Part shown: piece by piece, positions 19,366-29,778 of the stretch
Layout of the letters: each line of letters begins with the position of its first letter
How positions within the stretch are numbered: the stretch's first letter is position 1
From: Nitrospirota bacterium
GTDB taxonomy: Bacteria > Nitrospirota > Thermodesulfovibrionia > Thermodesulfovibrionales > SM23-35
Length of the DNA: 64,000 nucleotides
Direction: 5' to 3'
NCBI GenBank assembly: GCA_040756135.1
Contig: JBFLZS010000006.1
Coordinates: 16,173-80,172 of the forward strand
Program-made: the position numbers and the translations under genes
The notes under the pieces: generated by a model
The model's input: the letters and a program-made list of their open reading frames with translations, nothing else
Told to the model about the DNA's origin: nothing
Database searches by the model: none

Positions 19366-21489
19366 TCAAACCTTTAATAAATCTCCTGCAAAATTAATAA
19401 AATCTTCATCTTTCGGAAACTTTCCTACCCATTTGGCAAAGAATTTAACCCTGTTTTTCCAGTTTTCATCAGAGACGTCCTCTCCAAAAAATGTCTCTTT
19501 ATAATTAAATGCAAGGCAATCAGGAAGATATCTGACCTTGATATTCAATTCTTTTGCCTTAAGACATATGTCAGGTTCTATCAGATGGTTGGCTATTTCT
19601 TCATCAAACCGTCCGATGGATTCGAATATTTTGCGGCTCATGGCAATAAACCCTCCGCCTACTGCATCCCTGTAGTTTTCATCTGAAAATCCCCCCATCC
19701 CCCCTTTACCAAAGGGGGGTGAGGGGGGATTATTTTCATTTCCCTTTGCGTCTCTTTGAGACATGAATGTTTCATTGTCTGTGTTCTGTGCTCTATACTC
19801 TATGTTCTGTATTTTATACGGCGTAAAATTGAAATCATACCCGATTCCAAGGCAGTAAGGAGTCATATCAGGATTCTTTAGCGGTAGACCAGCCACGCTG
19901 TTTTCAATTCCGTCAAGCAGGCCCTCATCCTTGAAATAGACTATGCCAGGCCTCAAAAAGATAAGGTATTCGCCTGATGCTGCCTCAGCCCCTTTGTTAT
20001 ATAGCAATGAAAGATTGTGTCCCTCTGCATCGACAATCTGCATATCACCTGAGATACCGGAAAGCATCCCCTTTATATTTTCATCATTTACTACAATCAC
20101 TACCTCCCAGTCAGGATATTTGACATTTTGGGATAAGGAAGTAAGAGTTGCAAGAAGCACTTCAGCATCGTCCCCTGATGGGATAATAAAACTTACCCGT
20201 CCTGAGATATGCTCTTTGCTCTTTGCCCTTTGCTCTTTGCCCCTTGTCCCTTGCCCCTTGCCCCTTGCAGGCTGGCGGCTTTCGAATATATATTTCATTA
20301 TATCTATTGCCCTTTCTATAGCCTTGCCATCAAGTCTATAAAATGATTTTCGGAGGTATTCCTTAATATTGTTCCCGATATGAGGCGGCACCCCTTCTTC
20401 AATTGTTCTATAAAGATTTGCCCAATTTCCAAGGGGCGACACAGATTGCGCTACTCCCATATCAACATAGTAGTCTTTAGTACCGTCCCTGCTCGGTAAT
20501 GCAAAAAGAGGCCTTCCAAAGGCAAGTGATTCAAGGGCAAGGGTGGTTTTACCGAGGGTGACACAGTAGTCAGCAATAGCAAGGAGGCTGTATGGATCAT
20601 ATGTATAAAGCATAATGGATTCCGGTGAAAGATCCTTTATTATTCCCTCTGCCTTTTGATATGTCCCTAATAATGCATTGGGATGCCATTTAAATATAAA
20701 TATTATTTCGTTATTTGTACCTTTAAAGAACTCGAACCATACCCTTTTGTCTATAACTGCTGCCCATTCAAGATCTAATAATACTACAACAATCTTTTTC
20801 CCCGCAGGTATTCCAAGCTCTTCCGTTACCCTTTTCTTATTTAATGGATTAGAATATGTTTTAATTGCATTGTCAAGATGGGTATTGCCTATAAATATCA
20901 GCTTGTCAATAGCACTTTTATGGCTGCCGAGCATATCCCTCGAGGCCTCTCCCCAGATAAGGTCGGCAGTTGAGTATTCTGTATGGGCGCTAAAACTCAA
21001 CCTGCTTTCATGATAATCCCCTTCCTGAAAAGTTACATAAGGAATCCCATATTTAGCTGCAAGATGTCCTGTCAGTTTACCCCACCTGTTTCTTTCGTGG
21101 AGGGCAATAAACAGATCAGGCAACTCCTTTTCAATAAACCTTTCCAGACAGAAATATTCCTCAATTGCAGCGTTAAAAAATCTGCTCTGCTCAAAAAGCG
21201 ACCAGTGACGGAATCCATCCCATTTAAAGCATCTCGATTTCCAGATATCAAGCAGCCGGGACAATGTGCTGTCTATTTTTTCCGCCGTAACATTGTCCAT
21301 ATAGTCAGTGAGATATCTAAACTTCTGGCCATTTTTAATCAGATCTCTTTCAAAAGGGTAATCGGCCATTGTAAGAAAGAATATCACTTCGGCCCCCCTT
21401 TTCCTGGCCTCTAATGCAACAGGCATCAGAAATTTTGTATGATGGGGCAGTGCTATTAAACAGGCGATCCTTTTCCTTTTCAGATTCAT
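19366..21489 (-). CDS. Bifunctional glycosyltransferase (N-terminal GT-B-like plus C-terminal GT2) with repeat-derived inserts
   Basis: IGNTHLD, KWHP, TLALESLAFGRP; VSFIIPS, YPDWEVVIV, NKGA, IGRFDEE. Confidence 0.75.
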   Translation of the reverse strand: MNLKRKRIACLIALPHHTKFLMPVALEARKRGAEVIFFLTMADYPFERDLIKNGQKFRYLTDYMDNVTAEKIDSTLSRLLDIWKSRCFKWDGFRHWSLFEQSRFFNAAIEEYFCLERFIEKELPDLFIALHERNRWGKLTGHLAAKYGIPYVTFQEGDYHESRLSFSAHTEYSTADLIWGEASRDMLGSHKSAIDKLIFIGNTHLDNAIKTYSNPLNKKRVTEELGIPAGKKIVVVLLDLEWAAVIDKRVWFEFFKGTNNEIIFIFKWHPNALLGTYQKAEGIIKDLSPESIMLYTYDPYSLLAIADYCVTLGKTTLALESLAFGRPLFALPSRDGTKDYYVDMGVAQSVSPLGNWANLYRTIEEGVPPHIGNNIKEYLRKSFYRLDGKAIERAIDIMKYIFESRQPARGKGQGTRGKEQRAKSKEHISGRVSFIIPSGDDAEVLLATLTSLSQNVKYPDWEVVIVVNDENIKGMLSGISGDMQIVDAEGHNLSLLYNKGAEAASGEYLIFLRPGIVYFKDEGLLDGIENSVAGLPLKNPDMTPYCLGIGYDFNFTPYKIQNIEYRAQNTDNETFMSQRDAKGNENNPPSPPFGKGGMGGFSDENYRDAVGGGFIAMSRKIFESIGRFDEEIANHLIEPDICLKAKELNIKVRYLPDCLAFNYKETFFGEDVSDENWKNRVKFFAKWVGKFPKDEDFINFAGDLLKV
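19677..19775. mobile_element. In-frame CCCCT-type composite element bounded by TTTCAT direct repeats
   Basis: 93-bp spacing between the TTTCAT copies; related copies at 39384-39494 and 57776-57887 share the CCTTTGnGTCTCTTTGAGACATGAATGTTTCATT tail. Confidence 0.75.
20211..20268. repeat. Heptamer tandem array inside the GT linker
   Basis: (GCTCTTT/GCCCCTT)n, encoding ARGKGQGTRGKEQRAKSKE. Confidence 0.75.
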
Positions 21490-22658
21490 ACCCTTACCTT
21501 TTTTAGTATGTCCCCTATAGAAACATCTGTCTTTTTAGCTGAAATACACAAACTGATAACCTCTAAAAGGACGTTCAGATTATTTATGAATGTTACACCA
21601 TTGTGTGATGGCGTTTTCGGGAAGAGCGGGTTAAAAACAACAGCCACTTTATTATATTTAGAGGCAAATTGCAGGGGTATTATGTAAGAAGTGGAAATGA
21701 TTAAGTCTGAAAGCATAAGGAGCGTAACCAGACTCCCATCCTCTGCTATAAAAAACCTGCCTTTTATCCTTTTCAAGTCCTCTCTGATGAGGTCATTTAT
21801 TATCTGATCTTCTGACAGATCCCTCACGTGGTATCCCCTCTTTAAGAAGAATACCGTCTTTGGTGTATTTAATGAACCAAGTAACTTTAATATCTCTTTT
21901 ATTTGAGCCCTGAACCTCGGGTGGTTTATTATTAAAACAACAAGCTCATCTGATGTTAATTCAATCTTTTTAATCTGTTCGTCAAACAAAAGGTTCTTGT
22001 AAACATCCTCAATGGTGTCCAGACAATAGCAATCCTTTATATCATTTAAAATAAAAATCTTTCCTTTCTCAATTCCCCTCTGTTCATAATATTGTCTCTC
22101 AAATTCGCTCTTAACAATAAAGTAATCTGCAATCTTTACGAAGAGTACAGGCGTGTTAAAAACAGGATAAATCTGCAATGCAACAATAGGGATTCCCCGC
22201 TCTTTTGCAAGAAAGATTATCGTCGAATAAAAGGCGTCACTTTTGTCAGGTGGAGGTTCGTCAAAGGATGGGAATGGTAATAACATGAGGTCATAATCGC
22301 CTTTGAGGTCAGGGAATGTGAATGAAGATATATGTCCCCTGAAATCATCAAAGGCTGCAACTTTCCATAGGCTCAAATCCGTATCAGGGATAAGAATGTC
22401 TTTTATTTGAGGGATAAAGATTTTAACGAGATTGTCCCTGAAGTCCGCCGGTATAACAAGCGGATTAGGGTCAGACAAAACCACATTAATGTTATTATTG
22501 TTTTTCCAGAAATTCCCGGTCTTTTCGAATACCTCATTGGAGTACGTTATAATATCAACCGTAACATCGGGACTCGCTATCCTCTCGGGTAAATACATAA
22601 GCCTTCCCTGAGTGGCAAGCATTTCACGTTCGCCAATGGGAAAAAGAATCCTCTTCAC
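21486..22658 (-). CDS. Hypothetical protein of the glycosylation island (possible GT-B-like fold)
   Basis: 390-aa ORF overlapping both neighbours; AKERGIPIVALQ and SDLIIST resemble GT-B segments. Confidence 0.65.
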   Translation of the reverse strand: MKRILFPIGEREMLATQGRLMYLPERIASPDVTVDIITYSNEVFEKTGNFWKNNNNINVVLSDPNPLVIPADFRDNLVKIFIPQIKDILIPDTDLSLWKVAAFDDFRGHISSFTFPDLKGDYDLMLLPFPSFDEPPPDKSDAFYSTIIFLAKERGIPIVALQIYPVFNTPVLFVKIADYFIVKSEFERQYYEQRGIEKGKIFILNDIKDCYCLDTIEDVYKNLLFDEQIKKIELTSDELVVLIINHPRFRAQIKEILKLLGSLNTPKTVFFLKRGYHVRDLSEDQIINDLIREDLKRIKGRFFIAEDGSLVTLLMLSDLIISTSYIIPLQFASKYNKVAVVFNPLFPKTPSHNGVTFINNLNVLLEVISLCISAKKTDVSIGDILKKVRV

Positions 22659-23200
22659 TTACTCTGCCCTCTATCTGCTGATGCCATAATATTCAATACC
22701 CGCTCAATATTTTTATTGCCGGTTTTCTCCAGTATAATTTTAACCTTATCCTTAATAACAACCCCATATATTGAATTCCTGTATGAAAGGGGAATAAGAT
22801 TGTCGAATATCTCTTTTAATGTGGCCTCATTAACAAGTTCATAATTGTATTTCTTAATTTCTTCCGTATCAAATGATAAAAGATAAGTAATCAGAGTAAC
22901 AAGCATTTCATCAAATCTCCGCTCGTCTAATAACAGAAGGCTCTTTAAAAACAACAGATCAATGTGATTTTCTTTGATTCTTAATCCTTCATCAACATAA
23001 TTCCATACCTTCTGAGGGTCTTTTTCCTCTAAATTAAATCTTGCCAGGAGGGATAATATTTTTAGATAAACAGCATTATCATCCCTTTTAGCTTTATCCG
23101 GCACCTGAGAATATGCCCTGTGGAGGGACTCTACTGCAAGGTCGATCTGCCCAAGTTTTAAATATGAAAGGGCTGAATTATAATTGGCCTCGTAACTCAT
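22655..23200 (-). CDS. TPR-like helical protein
   Basis: YNSALSYLKLGQIDLAVESLHRA TPR pattern. Confidence 0.7.
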   Translation of the reverse strand: MSYEANYNSALSYLKLGQIDLAVESLHRAYSQVPDKAKRDDNAVYLKILSLLARFNLEEKDPQKVWNYVDEGLRIKENHIDLLFLKSLLLLDERRFDEMLVTLITYLLSFDTEEIKKYNYELVNEATLKEIFDNLIPLSYRNSIYGVVIKDKVKIILEKTGNKNIERVLNIMASADRGQSK

Positions 23201-24234
23201 TTTCCTCCTTGTATAATATCTTCAAATTTTAATAGTGAATCAGCCTTGATAGTCCTTTTCGCCCTGTGTCCGATAACCTTCAGGATATTCTTCGGACTTA
23301 TACCGGTTCCGGGCCTTTTCAGTGTCAGCATATCCCTAGTTATCAAATCATCTTTTTTAATATCAACTTTTGCCACAATGCTTTTTCTTGCCCAGTCCTT
23401 ACTTTTCATCTCCCTCTCCGAAGGAACCTTATTACCGTTCCCGATAGCCTTTTCTATCTTTCTGATGCTATTGACCATCTCTATCAGGCCTTTATCATCA
23501 CATGATACAAGACAATCCTGTGAACCCGGTGCATTTCTGCTTACTGCAATATGTTTTTCAATAATAGAGGCTCCGATTGCAACAGCAGCAAGAACAATAT
23601 CATTGCCGATGGTGTGATCCGAATATCCTACAGGACATCCAAATTCCTTTTGCAATGTGTTAATAGCTCTTAAATTTATGTCTTCAGGTGCAGGCGGGTA
23701 ACAGGTTATGCAATGAAGGATGATCAGACTATTGCTCCCTTCGCTGAGAAATATATCCACAGCATCTCTGACATCATCCATATCATACATGCCGGTGGAA
23801 AGGATTACAGGTTTCTTGAATTCAGCGACCTTTCGTAAATATCCGGCATTTGATACTTCTCCGGAGCCGATTTTATATGCAGGCGGATTAAGAGAACTAT
23901 AGAAATCAAGGCTTTCTTCATCGTGGGCAGAGGCAAGAAAGATAATACCTTTTTTATCACAGAATTCCTTAAGATATTTAAAGGCATTATAGGGCAGTTC
24001 TTTTGGTTTAAGCCTCTCTATCCAGTCAGGTGCAACAGACGAAACAAGGTTTTCGGTCTTGAATATCTGAAACTTCACAGCATCAGCCCTTGCTATAACA
24101 GCCATATCAATCAGATGTTTTGCGATCTCAATATTGCCGAAGTGGTTAACACCGGCCTCTGCAATAATAAAAACGGGATTACCTGAACCAATCTTCCTAT
24201 CGACGATTTCTACAACCTTCTTTAATCCTGGCAT
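23197..24234 (-). CDS. neuB: Nonulosonic acid synthase (NeuB family)
   Basis: IIAEAGVNH, ADAVKFQ, KIGSGE, LSTGM, LHC..YP, GYSDHT, IEKH; C-terminal SAF domain RPGTGI. Confidence 0.95.
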   Translation of the reverse strand: MPGLKKVVEIVDRKIGSGNPVFIIAEAGVNHFGNIEIAKHLIDMAVIARADAVKFQIFKTENLVSSVAPDWIERLKPKELPYNAFKYLKEFCDKKGIIFLASAHDEESLDFYSSLNPPAYKIGSGEVSNAGYLRKVAEFKKPVILSTGMYDMDDVRDAVDIFLSEGSNSLIILHCITCYPPAPEDINLRAINTLQKEFGCPVGYSDHTIGNDIVLAAVAIGASIIEKHIAVSRNAPGSQDCLVSCDDKGLIEMVNSIRKIEKAIGNGNKVPSEREMKSKDWARKSIVAKVDIKKDDLITRDMLTLKRPGTGISPKNILKVIGHRAKRTIKADSLLKFEDIIQGGK

Positions 24235-24939
24235 TTAATCTTCTTTTCTTCTCTTTTTAAGCAACCATTCAGCCATTTCCATGTCAAACATGTCATCAAT
24301 ATCAAATCCCTCAATATTATCAATCTCTATAGGAAATGATCTGTCACCGTAGAGAGAATCCTTTTCAAAGATTGTGGCCCTTTTAGATGCATAAAGATTT
24401 CCAAAAAAATAGACAGGAGGCGCTGACTGACTGTTAGGGCACTTCTTCTTCTCTTCAGGGAACATAAATGAGATTGTACCGTCCTCGTTTATCTTCCTTG
24501 CATTATAAGGATGATGCTTAAACGGCGCCCTTGTAACGGTCGTCACCGAATCAAAAGCTCCATTTTCTGAAAAAACCTTTATAGTTTTTTCGATATTATC
24601 CACTGTAATGAACGGGTATGTAGGCTGAATAGTAAGAATTATATCAGCATGAAAGCCTGTCTTATCAAGCTCACTAATCACATGCTTTATTACAGGCAGG
24701 GTCGGGGTATTGTCCTGGGCCAACTCAAAAGGTCTCTTAATAACCTCAACACCTTCTTTTGCAGCAACCTCTGCTATGGCATCATCCTCTGTTGATACAA
24801 CAAGCCTGTCGATTAAAGAACTCTTTTTAGCCGTTCTCAGGCAATAGCTTATTAGAGGGATTCCGCCCAGCAGATAAAGATTTTTCTGTGGGATTCTTTT
24901 TGACCCCCCCCTTGCTGTAACTATTCCCAGTATATCCAT
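24235..24939 (-). CDS. neuA: CMP-nonulosonate synthetase (NeuA family)
   Basis: ARGGSKRIPQKN, VSTED, RP.ELA.D, QPT.P, DIDD. Confidence 0.93.
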   Translation of the reverse strand: MDILGIVTARGGSKRIPQKNLYLLGGIPLISYCLRTAKKSSLIDRLVVSTEDDAIAEVAAKEGVEVIKRPFELAQDNTPTLPVIKHVISELDKTGFHADIILTIQPTYPFITVDNIEKTIKVFSENGAFDSVTTVTRAPFKHHPYNARKINEDGTISFMFPEEKKKCPNSQSAPPVYFFGNLYASKRATIFEKDSLYGDRSFPIEIDNIEGFDIDDMFDMEMAEWLLKKRRKED

Positions 24940-24960
24940 TCAGGATTCCTTCTACTTAGT

Positions 24961-25123
24961 TATAGTATGTTCATAAACTAACTTTTGCTCTTTGTCATTC
25001 CGGCAGTCTCCCTGCTTACAATCTGCAGGGACTGGCTTAAGCCGGAATCCAGTGTTTTCAAAAGGTTCTGGATTCCTGCCTCCGCAGGAATGACAAGAAA
25101 CCTGACTTTATGGACAGACACTG
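24961..25123. mobile_element. Palindromic element (GTCATTCC cargo) whose right arm supplies the stop codon of the adjacent gene
   Basis: TATAGTATGTTCATAAA / TTTATGGACAGACACT; the right arm is the exact reverse complement of 6838-6853. Confidence 0.78.
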
Positions 25124-26097
25124 CTTAATTTCTGATCAGCCTTGAAATACTCAATAGTCCTTTCTATTACATAACGCTGGGTCAGATGCCACGCATCCCT
25201 TGTTGAGCCTCCTATATGCGGTGTAATAATGAGATTAGGATGTGTCTGCGCATACTGCACCAAAGGATGGGATAATACCCTGCTGGAAAAATCTGGCTCA
25301 AATTCGCCATCGAGCACATCCAGCGCAGCGCCTTTGATAATCCCATCTTCCAATGCCTCTATCAGTGCTTCGGAGTCCACTACCTCGCCCCTTGCAGTGT
25401 TTATGAGATAGGAACCTCTCTTAAATTTAGAGAATACTGCTTTGTTGAGAAAATATCTGTTTTCTTCATTCATCGGTATATGGACAGAAACTATATCAAC
25501 GTCCGAAACCAGTTGTTCAATACTTTCAATCCGTTTATATGACCAATCATCATTATGTATAATAAAAGGGTCATAATAAGAGACCTTCATGCCAAATGCA
25601 GTTGCATATCTTGCCACTATATTGCCAAGCCTTCCAAGACCAACAATGCCAAGTGACATCCTCGAAAGCATCGCCTGCCCTCCGAATTCCCATCTGCTCC
25701 ACTTGCCGTCAAGAACGGATTTAATAGCAGGAATTACATTCCTCGTGATATTGATTATCAACCCCATTGTCAATTCTGCGGTAGGAGTGATTATATCGAG
25801 AAATTCCTTTTCATCCTTTAATGAGATAACTTTAATACCCCTTGATGATGCAAGCTCAACATCAATATGAGGCACACCTGTTGTATTGGTTGCAATAACC
25901 TTCAGGTTAGGAGAAATTGAGAAAATATCTTCTCCAAAGTAGTAACCCAAGGGGGCAAATATAACAGATACGTCCCTCAAAATGTCGGCAGTAATAATTG
26001 ACGGATTATCAAGGCTTATAACATCAAAATTATCGGATAAGAGTTTTAGGTTTTCTTTTTGATAGTTTAATATCTCAAAATAGAGGACTTTTCTCAT
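25108..26097 (-). CDS. D-isomer-specific 2-hydroxyacid dehydrogenase
   Basis: GIVGLGRLG, INTARG, ALDV, TPHIGG. Confidence 0.92.
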   Translation of the reverse strand: MRKVLYFEILNYQKENLKLLSDNFDVISLDNPSIITADILRDVSVIFAPLGYYFGEDIFSISPNLKVIATNTTGVPHIDVELASSRGIKVISLKDEKEFLDIITPTAELTMGLIINITRNVIPAIKSVLDGKWSRWEFGGQAMLSRMSLGIVGLGRLGNIVARYATAFGMKVSYYDPFIIHNDDWSYKRIESIEQLVSDVDIVSVHIPMNEENRYFLNKAVFSKFKRGSYLINTARGEVVDSEALIEALEDGIIKGAALDVLDGEFEPDFSSRVLSHPLVQYAQTHPNLIITPHIGGSTRDAWHLTQRYVIERTIEYFKADQKLSSVCP

Positions 26098-27184
26098 ATA
26101 GCGATATCCCTCTTAGTTCTAATAAATTCAAGATGTTATTCACTATTGCTTCCACGTCAAAACTCATTGTGCTATAAACCGACTTTGCAAGCTTTTCCTT
26201 CCGCTTTCCTAAAATATCTATGGCAACATCCACCATCATATCTGCGTTATCTACCCACGCCATCAGTCCTTTATCTATAAGATATTTATCATAGTGGGAA
26301 ATAAATGACCTTGTTGAAATCGTCGGAGTGCCAAAATATGTGGCCTCAATATTTATCGTGCCTCCGCCGCCTATGAATAAATCTGCATGAGCAAGGAGAT
26401 GCTGTATAACCGATGCATTCTCAAGGACAATGGCAAAAGGGAACAATTCTTTTAACGGTTTGCTCTCATACCTCGGGATAATAACATAATCGGCGGCTAT
26501 TTCTTTGACCAATCTCATCAGGCCATCATAAAGTAAAGAATATCTTTCATTAACATAAGATGCCTTGAATTCTTCTTCCCTTACAACAATCAATGGTTTA
26601 TCCAACTTTATATTTAGACCTTTTTCTATGTAGTCTTTATCAGGCTTAAAATTTCTGAGCCAAACATATGGATCAATGCAGTTATAACTGAATATTTGGT
26701 CTTCTTCCAATGCAAGTCTTAAAAATATCTCTTTTGGCACAATAAAAGGATGAAAAATGAATGTGGAAAGGGGAATTGTCAGTCTTGCCTGTGGTAAGGT
26801 TTTTTTAAAATTTGTGGTATGGTCGGAAAGCGGTATGTCATAAAAATTCACTATTGGAATGCCAAGCCCGAAAGCCACTCTGTTTGCGTCTACAGAACAT
26901 CCTGAAATAAGGGCTTTTACTTCAAAATTCCGAAGTAATTCGCATAAAGCTACCTGTCTTTCAATGCTCGTGGATAATTTGTTTCTGAGCTTTTCTCCAC
27001 CAAAACTTCCGATCTCAAAATATTTTAGACCATAAAGTGCTAAAAGTTCTGTAACTTCTGTATATCCTTCACTCATTCGAGCTGTAATGAGTATTTCATA
27101 ATCGAAATCCCTAAATTTTTTGATTATGTCCTTTAAGAACAAAACAAATTTGGGAGTTACGATATCAAACCAGATTGCATCCAT
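26075..27184 (-). CDS. DUF354 family putative glycosyltransferase
   Basis: IWFDIVTPK, ITAR, RVAFGLGIP, DLFIGGGGT..EA..FGTPTIS. Confidence 0.8.
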   Translation of the reverse strand: MDAIWFDIVTPKFVLFLKDIIKKFRDFDYEILITARMSEGYTEVTELLALYGLKYFEIGSFGGEKLRNKLSTSIERQVALCELLRNFEVKALISGCSVDANRVAFGLGIPIVNFYDIPLSDHTTNFKKTLPQARLTIPLSTFIFHPFIVPKEIFLRLALEEDQIFSYNCIDPYVWLRNFKPDKDYIEKGLNIKLDKPLIVVREEEFKASYVNERYSLLYDGLMRLVKEIAADYVIIPRYESKPLKELFPFAIVLENASVIQHLLAHADLFIGGGGTINIEATYFGTPTISTRSFISHYDKYLIDKGLMAWVDNADMMVDVAIDILGKRKEKLAKSVYSTMSFDVEAIVNNILNLLELRGISLYEKSPLF

Positions 27185-27202
27185 ATTATCATTCTCAATT
27201 TG

Positions 27203-29065
27203 CTAATTGAAGTTTAACTTATACCATCTCGACAATATCAGCAAACTCCAGATATGCTGTTTGAGTCCTTTCTCACTCCCTTCATTTAAGAGAAATTCAA
27301 TAAATTTATCATTAAAAAATCCGGTTTCTCTGTTAAGGTCTTTTATATCCTTTAAAAGTTCATTACGGAAATGTTCGTTTAACCATTCTATAAAAGGATA
27401 GCTGAACCCCTTTTTCCTTCTATAAACTATGTCTTCCGGCAAATATTTGCAGGCAATACTCTTTAGTAAATTTTTGTTTTCTTTGCCCACTCTTATCTCA
27501 GGGTCAACTCTGAACAATAGCTCAACAAGCTCGTGATCTAAACATGGCGCTCTTAATTCAACAGAGTTTGCCATGCTCATCTTATCCAATTTCATCATAA
27601 TCACTTCGGGCATCCATATTTTAAGGTCGATGTAGGAAAACCAATATGATGGATGTTTTAATTCTGAATCTTCAAAAGCTGTCTTGTATCCATCAATGTA
27701 ATTGAGGGATGAATCCACCGTTACATCTTTGAAAACATCACGGTTCAATAGAAGTTTCTTTTGACTATCGGTAAAGTTCTCGCCTATTGTTCTAAAGACG
27801 GGCTCGTCGGTTACAGTCCTATTGAAATATTCCCACTCTTTCGAAATACTGAAATTCAAAAGCAGATAGTTAAGTATAAATGTTTTTTGTGAAGCATTGA
27901 GGGATTGCTGAAGGTCGTAGTATTTTAAAAAATCATGATACTTATCATACCCAAAGAAAATCTCGTCGCTTCCCTCACCCGATAGACAGACCTTTATTCC
28001 ATGCTCATTGACCAATCTTGAAAGAATATAGGTCGGAACACATGCAGGGTCATTTATCGGCTCTTCCAGATAATGGACTACTGAGTCTATGCTGTTGATA
28101 AAATCATCTCTCGACATTATAGTTTCATGATAATTTGCATGTATATGATCTGCGACTCTCTTTGCAAAATAGAGTTCGTCGTATTGCTTATGTTCGGTAT
28201 AACCAACAGAAAAAGTATTAATAGGTTTCGTTGTTAAATTGCTGTAAAGTGCACTTACCATAGAGGAATCAATTCCCCCCGAAAGATAACTCCCAACCTC
28301 GACATCGCTTACAAGTCTATAGTGTACGGACCGTTTAAGATGTTCTTCAATACTCTCAAGAACTTCATCCTTATCATTTAAAAGAGGGGGAAGGTTCTTT
28401 ATCGGGTCATAATATTCCGATATTGTTATGTTCCCGCCTTTAAAGATAAGCATATGTCCTGATTGAAGTTTGTGAATATTTTCAAACATGGTATTGGGAG
28501 GAAGGGAAGCCAAAAAACTCAAATATTGCAAAAGTGCATCTTTGTTGATACCGAGCGCTTTATCTATAAAAAACCTGATGGCTTTTATTTCCGATGCAAA
28601 AACAAAACTGTTTTTATAGAAGCTATAATACAGCGGTTTTTTCCCAAAGCGGTCCCTGCACAAAATAAGTTTCTTATTTGCCCTATCCCATATTCCAATC
28701 GCAAACATTCCCCTCAATTTATGTACAAAATCAATTCCATAATATTTGTAAAGATAAATTATGACCTCGGTATCGGTATTGCTTTTGAAGTTATATCCCA
28801 ACTTCCCCAGATATTCTCTCAACTCCAGATAGTTGTATATCTCGCCATTGAAGGTTATCCAGATATTTCCTTCAGAATCTGACATGGGCTGCCTTCCATG
28901 TTTCGAAAGATCGATGATTGAGAGCCTATTATGCCCAAGGGTGATAAAATTATCTGAATATACTCCGCTGTCATCTGGGCCTCTGTGCTGCATTGATTTG
29001 AGGGCGCGATGGAATTTTTCCATGTCCGCCTTTTTTTCAGATAATATGCCTATTATCCCGCACAA
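27203..29065 (-). CDS. asnB: Asparagine synthase-like amidotransferase (glycan amidation)
   Basis: MCGI (GTG start), HRGPD, RLSIID, NGEIYN, LSGGIDS, SGEGSDE. Confidence 0.93.
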   Translation of the reverse strand: MCGIIGILSEKKADMEKFHRALKSMQHRGPDDSGVYSDNFITLGHNRLSIIDLSKHGRQPMSDSEGNIWITFNGEIYNYLELREYLGKLGYNFKSNTDTEVIIYLYKYYGIDFVHKLRGMFAIGIWDRANKKLILCRDRFGKKPLYYSFYKNSFVFASEIKAIRFFIDKALGINKDALLQYLSFLASLPPNTMFENIHKLQSGHMLIFKGGNITISEYYDPIKNLPPLLNDKDEVLESIEEHLKRSVHYRLVSDVEVGSYLSGGIDSSMVSALYSNLTTKPINTFSVGYTEHKQYDELYFAKRVADHIHANYHETIMSRDDFINSIDSVVHYLEEPINDPACVPTYILSRLVNEHGIKVCLSGEGSDEIFFGYDKYHDFLKYYDLQQSLNASQKTFILNYLLLNFSISKEWEYFNRTVTDEPVFRTIGENFTDSQKKLLLNRDVFKDVTVDSSLNYIDGYKTAFEDSELKHPSYWFSYIDLKIWMPEVIMMKLDKMSMANSVELRAPCLDHELVELLFRVDPEIRVGKENKNLLKSIACKYLPEDIVYRRKKGFSYPFIEWLNEHFRNELLKDIKDLNRETGFFNDKFIEFLLNEGSEKGLKQHIWSLLILSRWYKLNFN

Positions 29066-29075
29066 AACACGTCTC

Positions 29076-29774
29076 CTATTCTATGTAGCAAATTCCCATT
29101 TTTTGCAAATCTTCAAATCTGGTAATTCTTCCATCTTTAACGATCTTATACCATGCCTCTCTCATCCCTTTCGACCATGAAATATCATCAAATACAACAA
29201 TTGCACCCTTTGATAAAAACGGCTTTATGTGGCTAAAGTAATTTATTGTTGCCCCTCTGTCATGATGCCCGTCTATAAATGCAAAATCCACACTACGCAT
29301 TTCCTGCAGAGTCTTTAATAACACATCCTGGAATCTGCCGACTACCTGAACTATATTTGAACATCCGGCTTTTATATAGTTCTTTCGTGCGATATCGGCG
29401 ACAGGAGCTGCACCTTCAATGGTATAAATTATTGCATCAGGATTCCCCTTTGACATATAGATGGCCGAAAAACCACAACAGGTGCCAAGTTCTAAAATAT
29501 TATTAGGTTTATTGTTTTTTACAAGAAAATATAACAGAACAGCCCAATCCCCCTTTAATCCTTGTTTGCACACATCTTTTGTTGAACGCGTTACGGGCCG
29601 GCCGCGATACATCTCCTCTTGTGATAAATTCATATTCGGTGAAACAGCGCCAAAGTCCATAAAACTCAGCTCAATATCAGCCGATATAATTTCGTCTCTT
29701 ATCTTTTCGATCTCTGCAAAAATGACCTCATCCCTTTCTGTAATATTTATATCAACCATCGATAATGTCTTCAC
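29076..29774 (-). CDS. Class I SAM methyltransferase (Methyltransf_24-like)
   Basis: LELGTCCGFS, FIDGHH, VFDDI.W. Confidence 0.88.
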   Translation of the reverse strand: MKTLSMVDINITERDEVIFAEIEKIRDEIISADIELSFMDFGAVSPNMNLSQEEMYRGRPVTRSTKDVCKQGLKGDWAVLLYFLVKNNKPNNILELGTCCGFSAIYMSKGNPDAIIYTIEGAAPVADIARKNYIKAGCSNIVQVVGRFQDVLLKTLQEMRSVDFAFIDGHHDRGATINYFSHIKPFLSKGAIVVFDDISWSKGMREAWYKIVKDGRITRFEDLQKMGICYIE

Positions 29775-29778
29775 CCTC

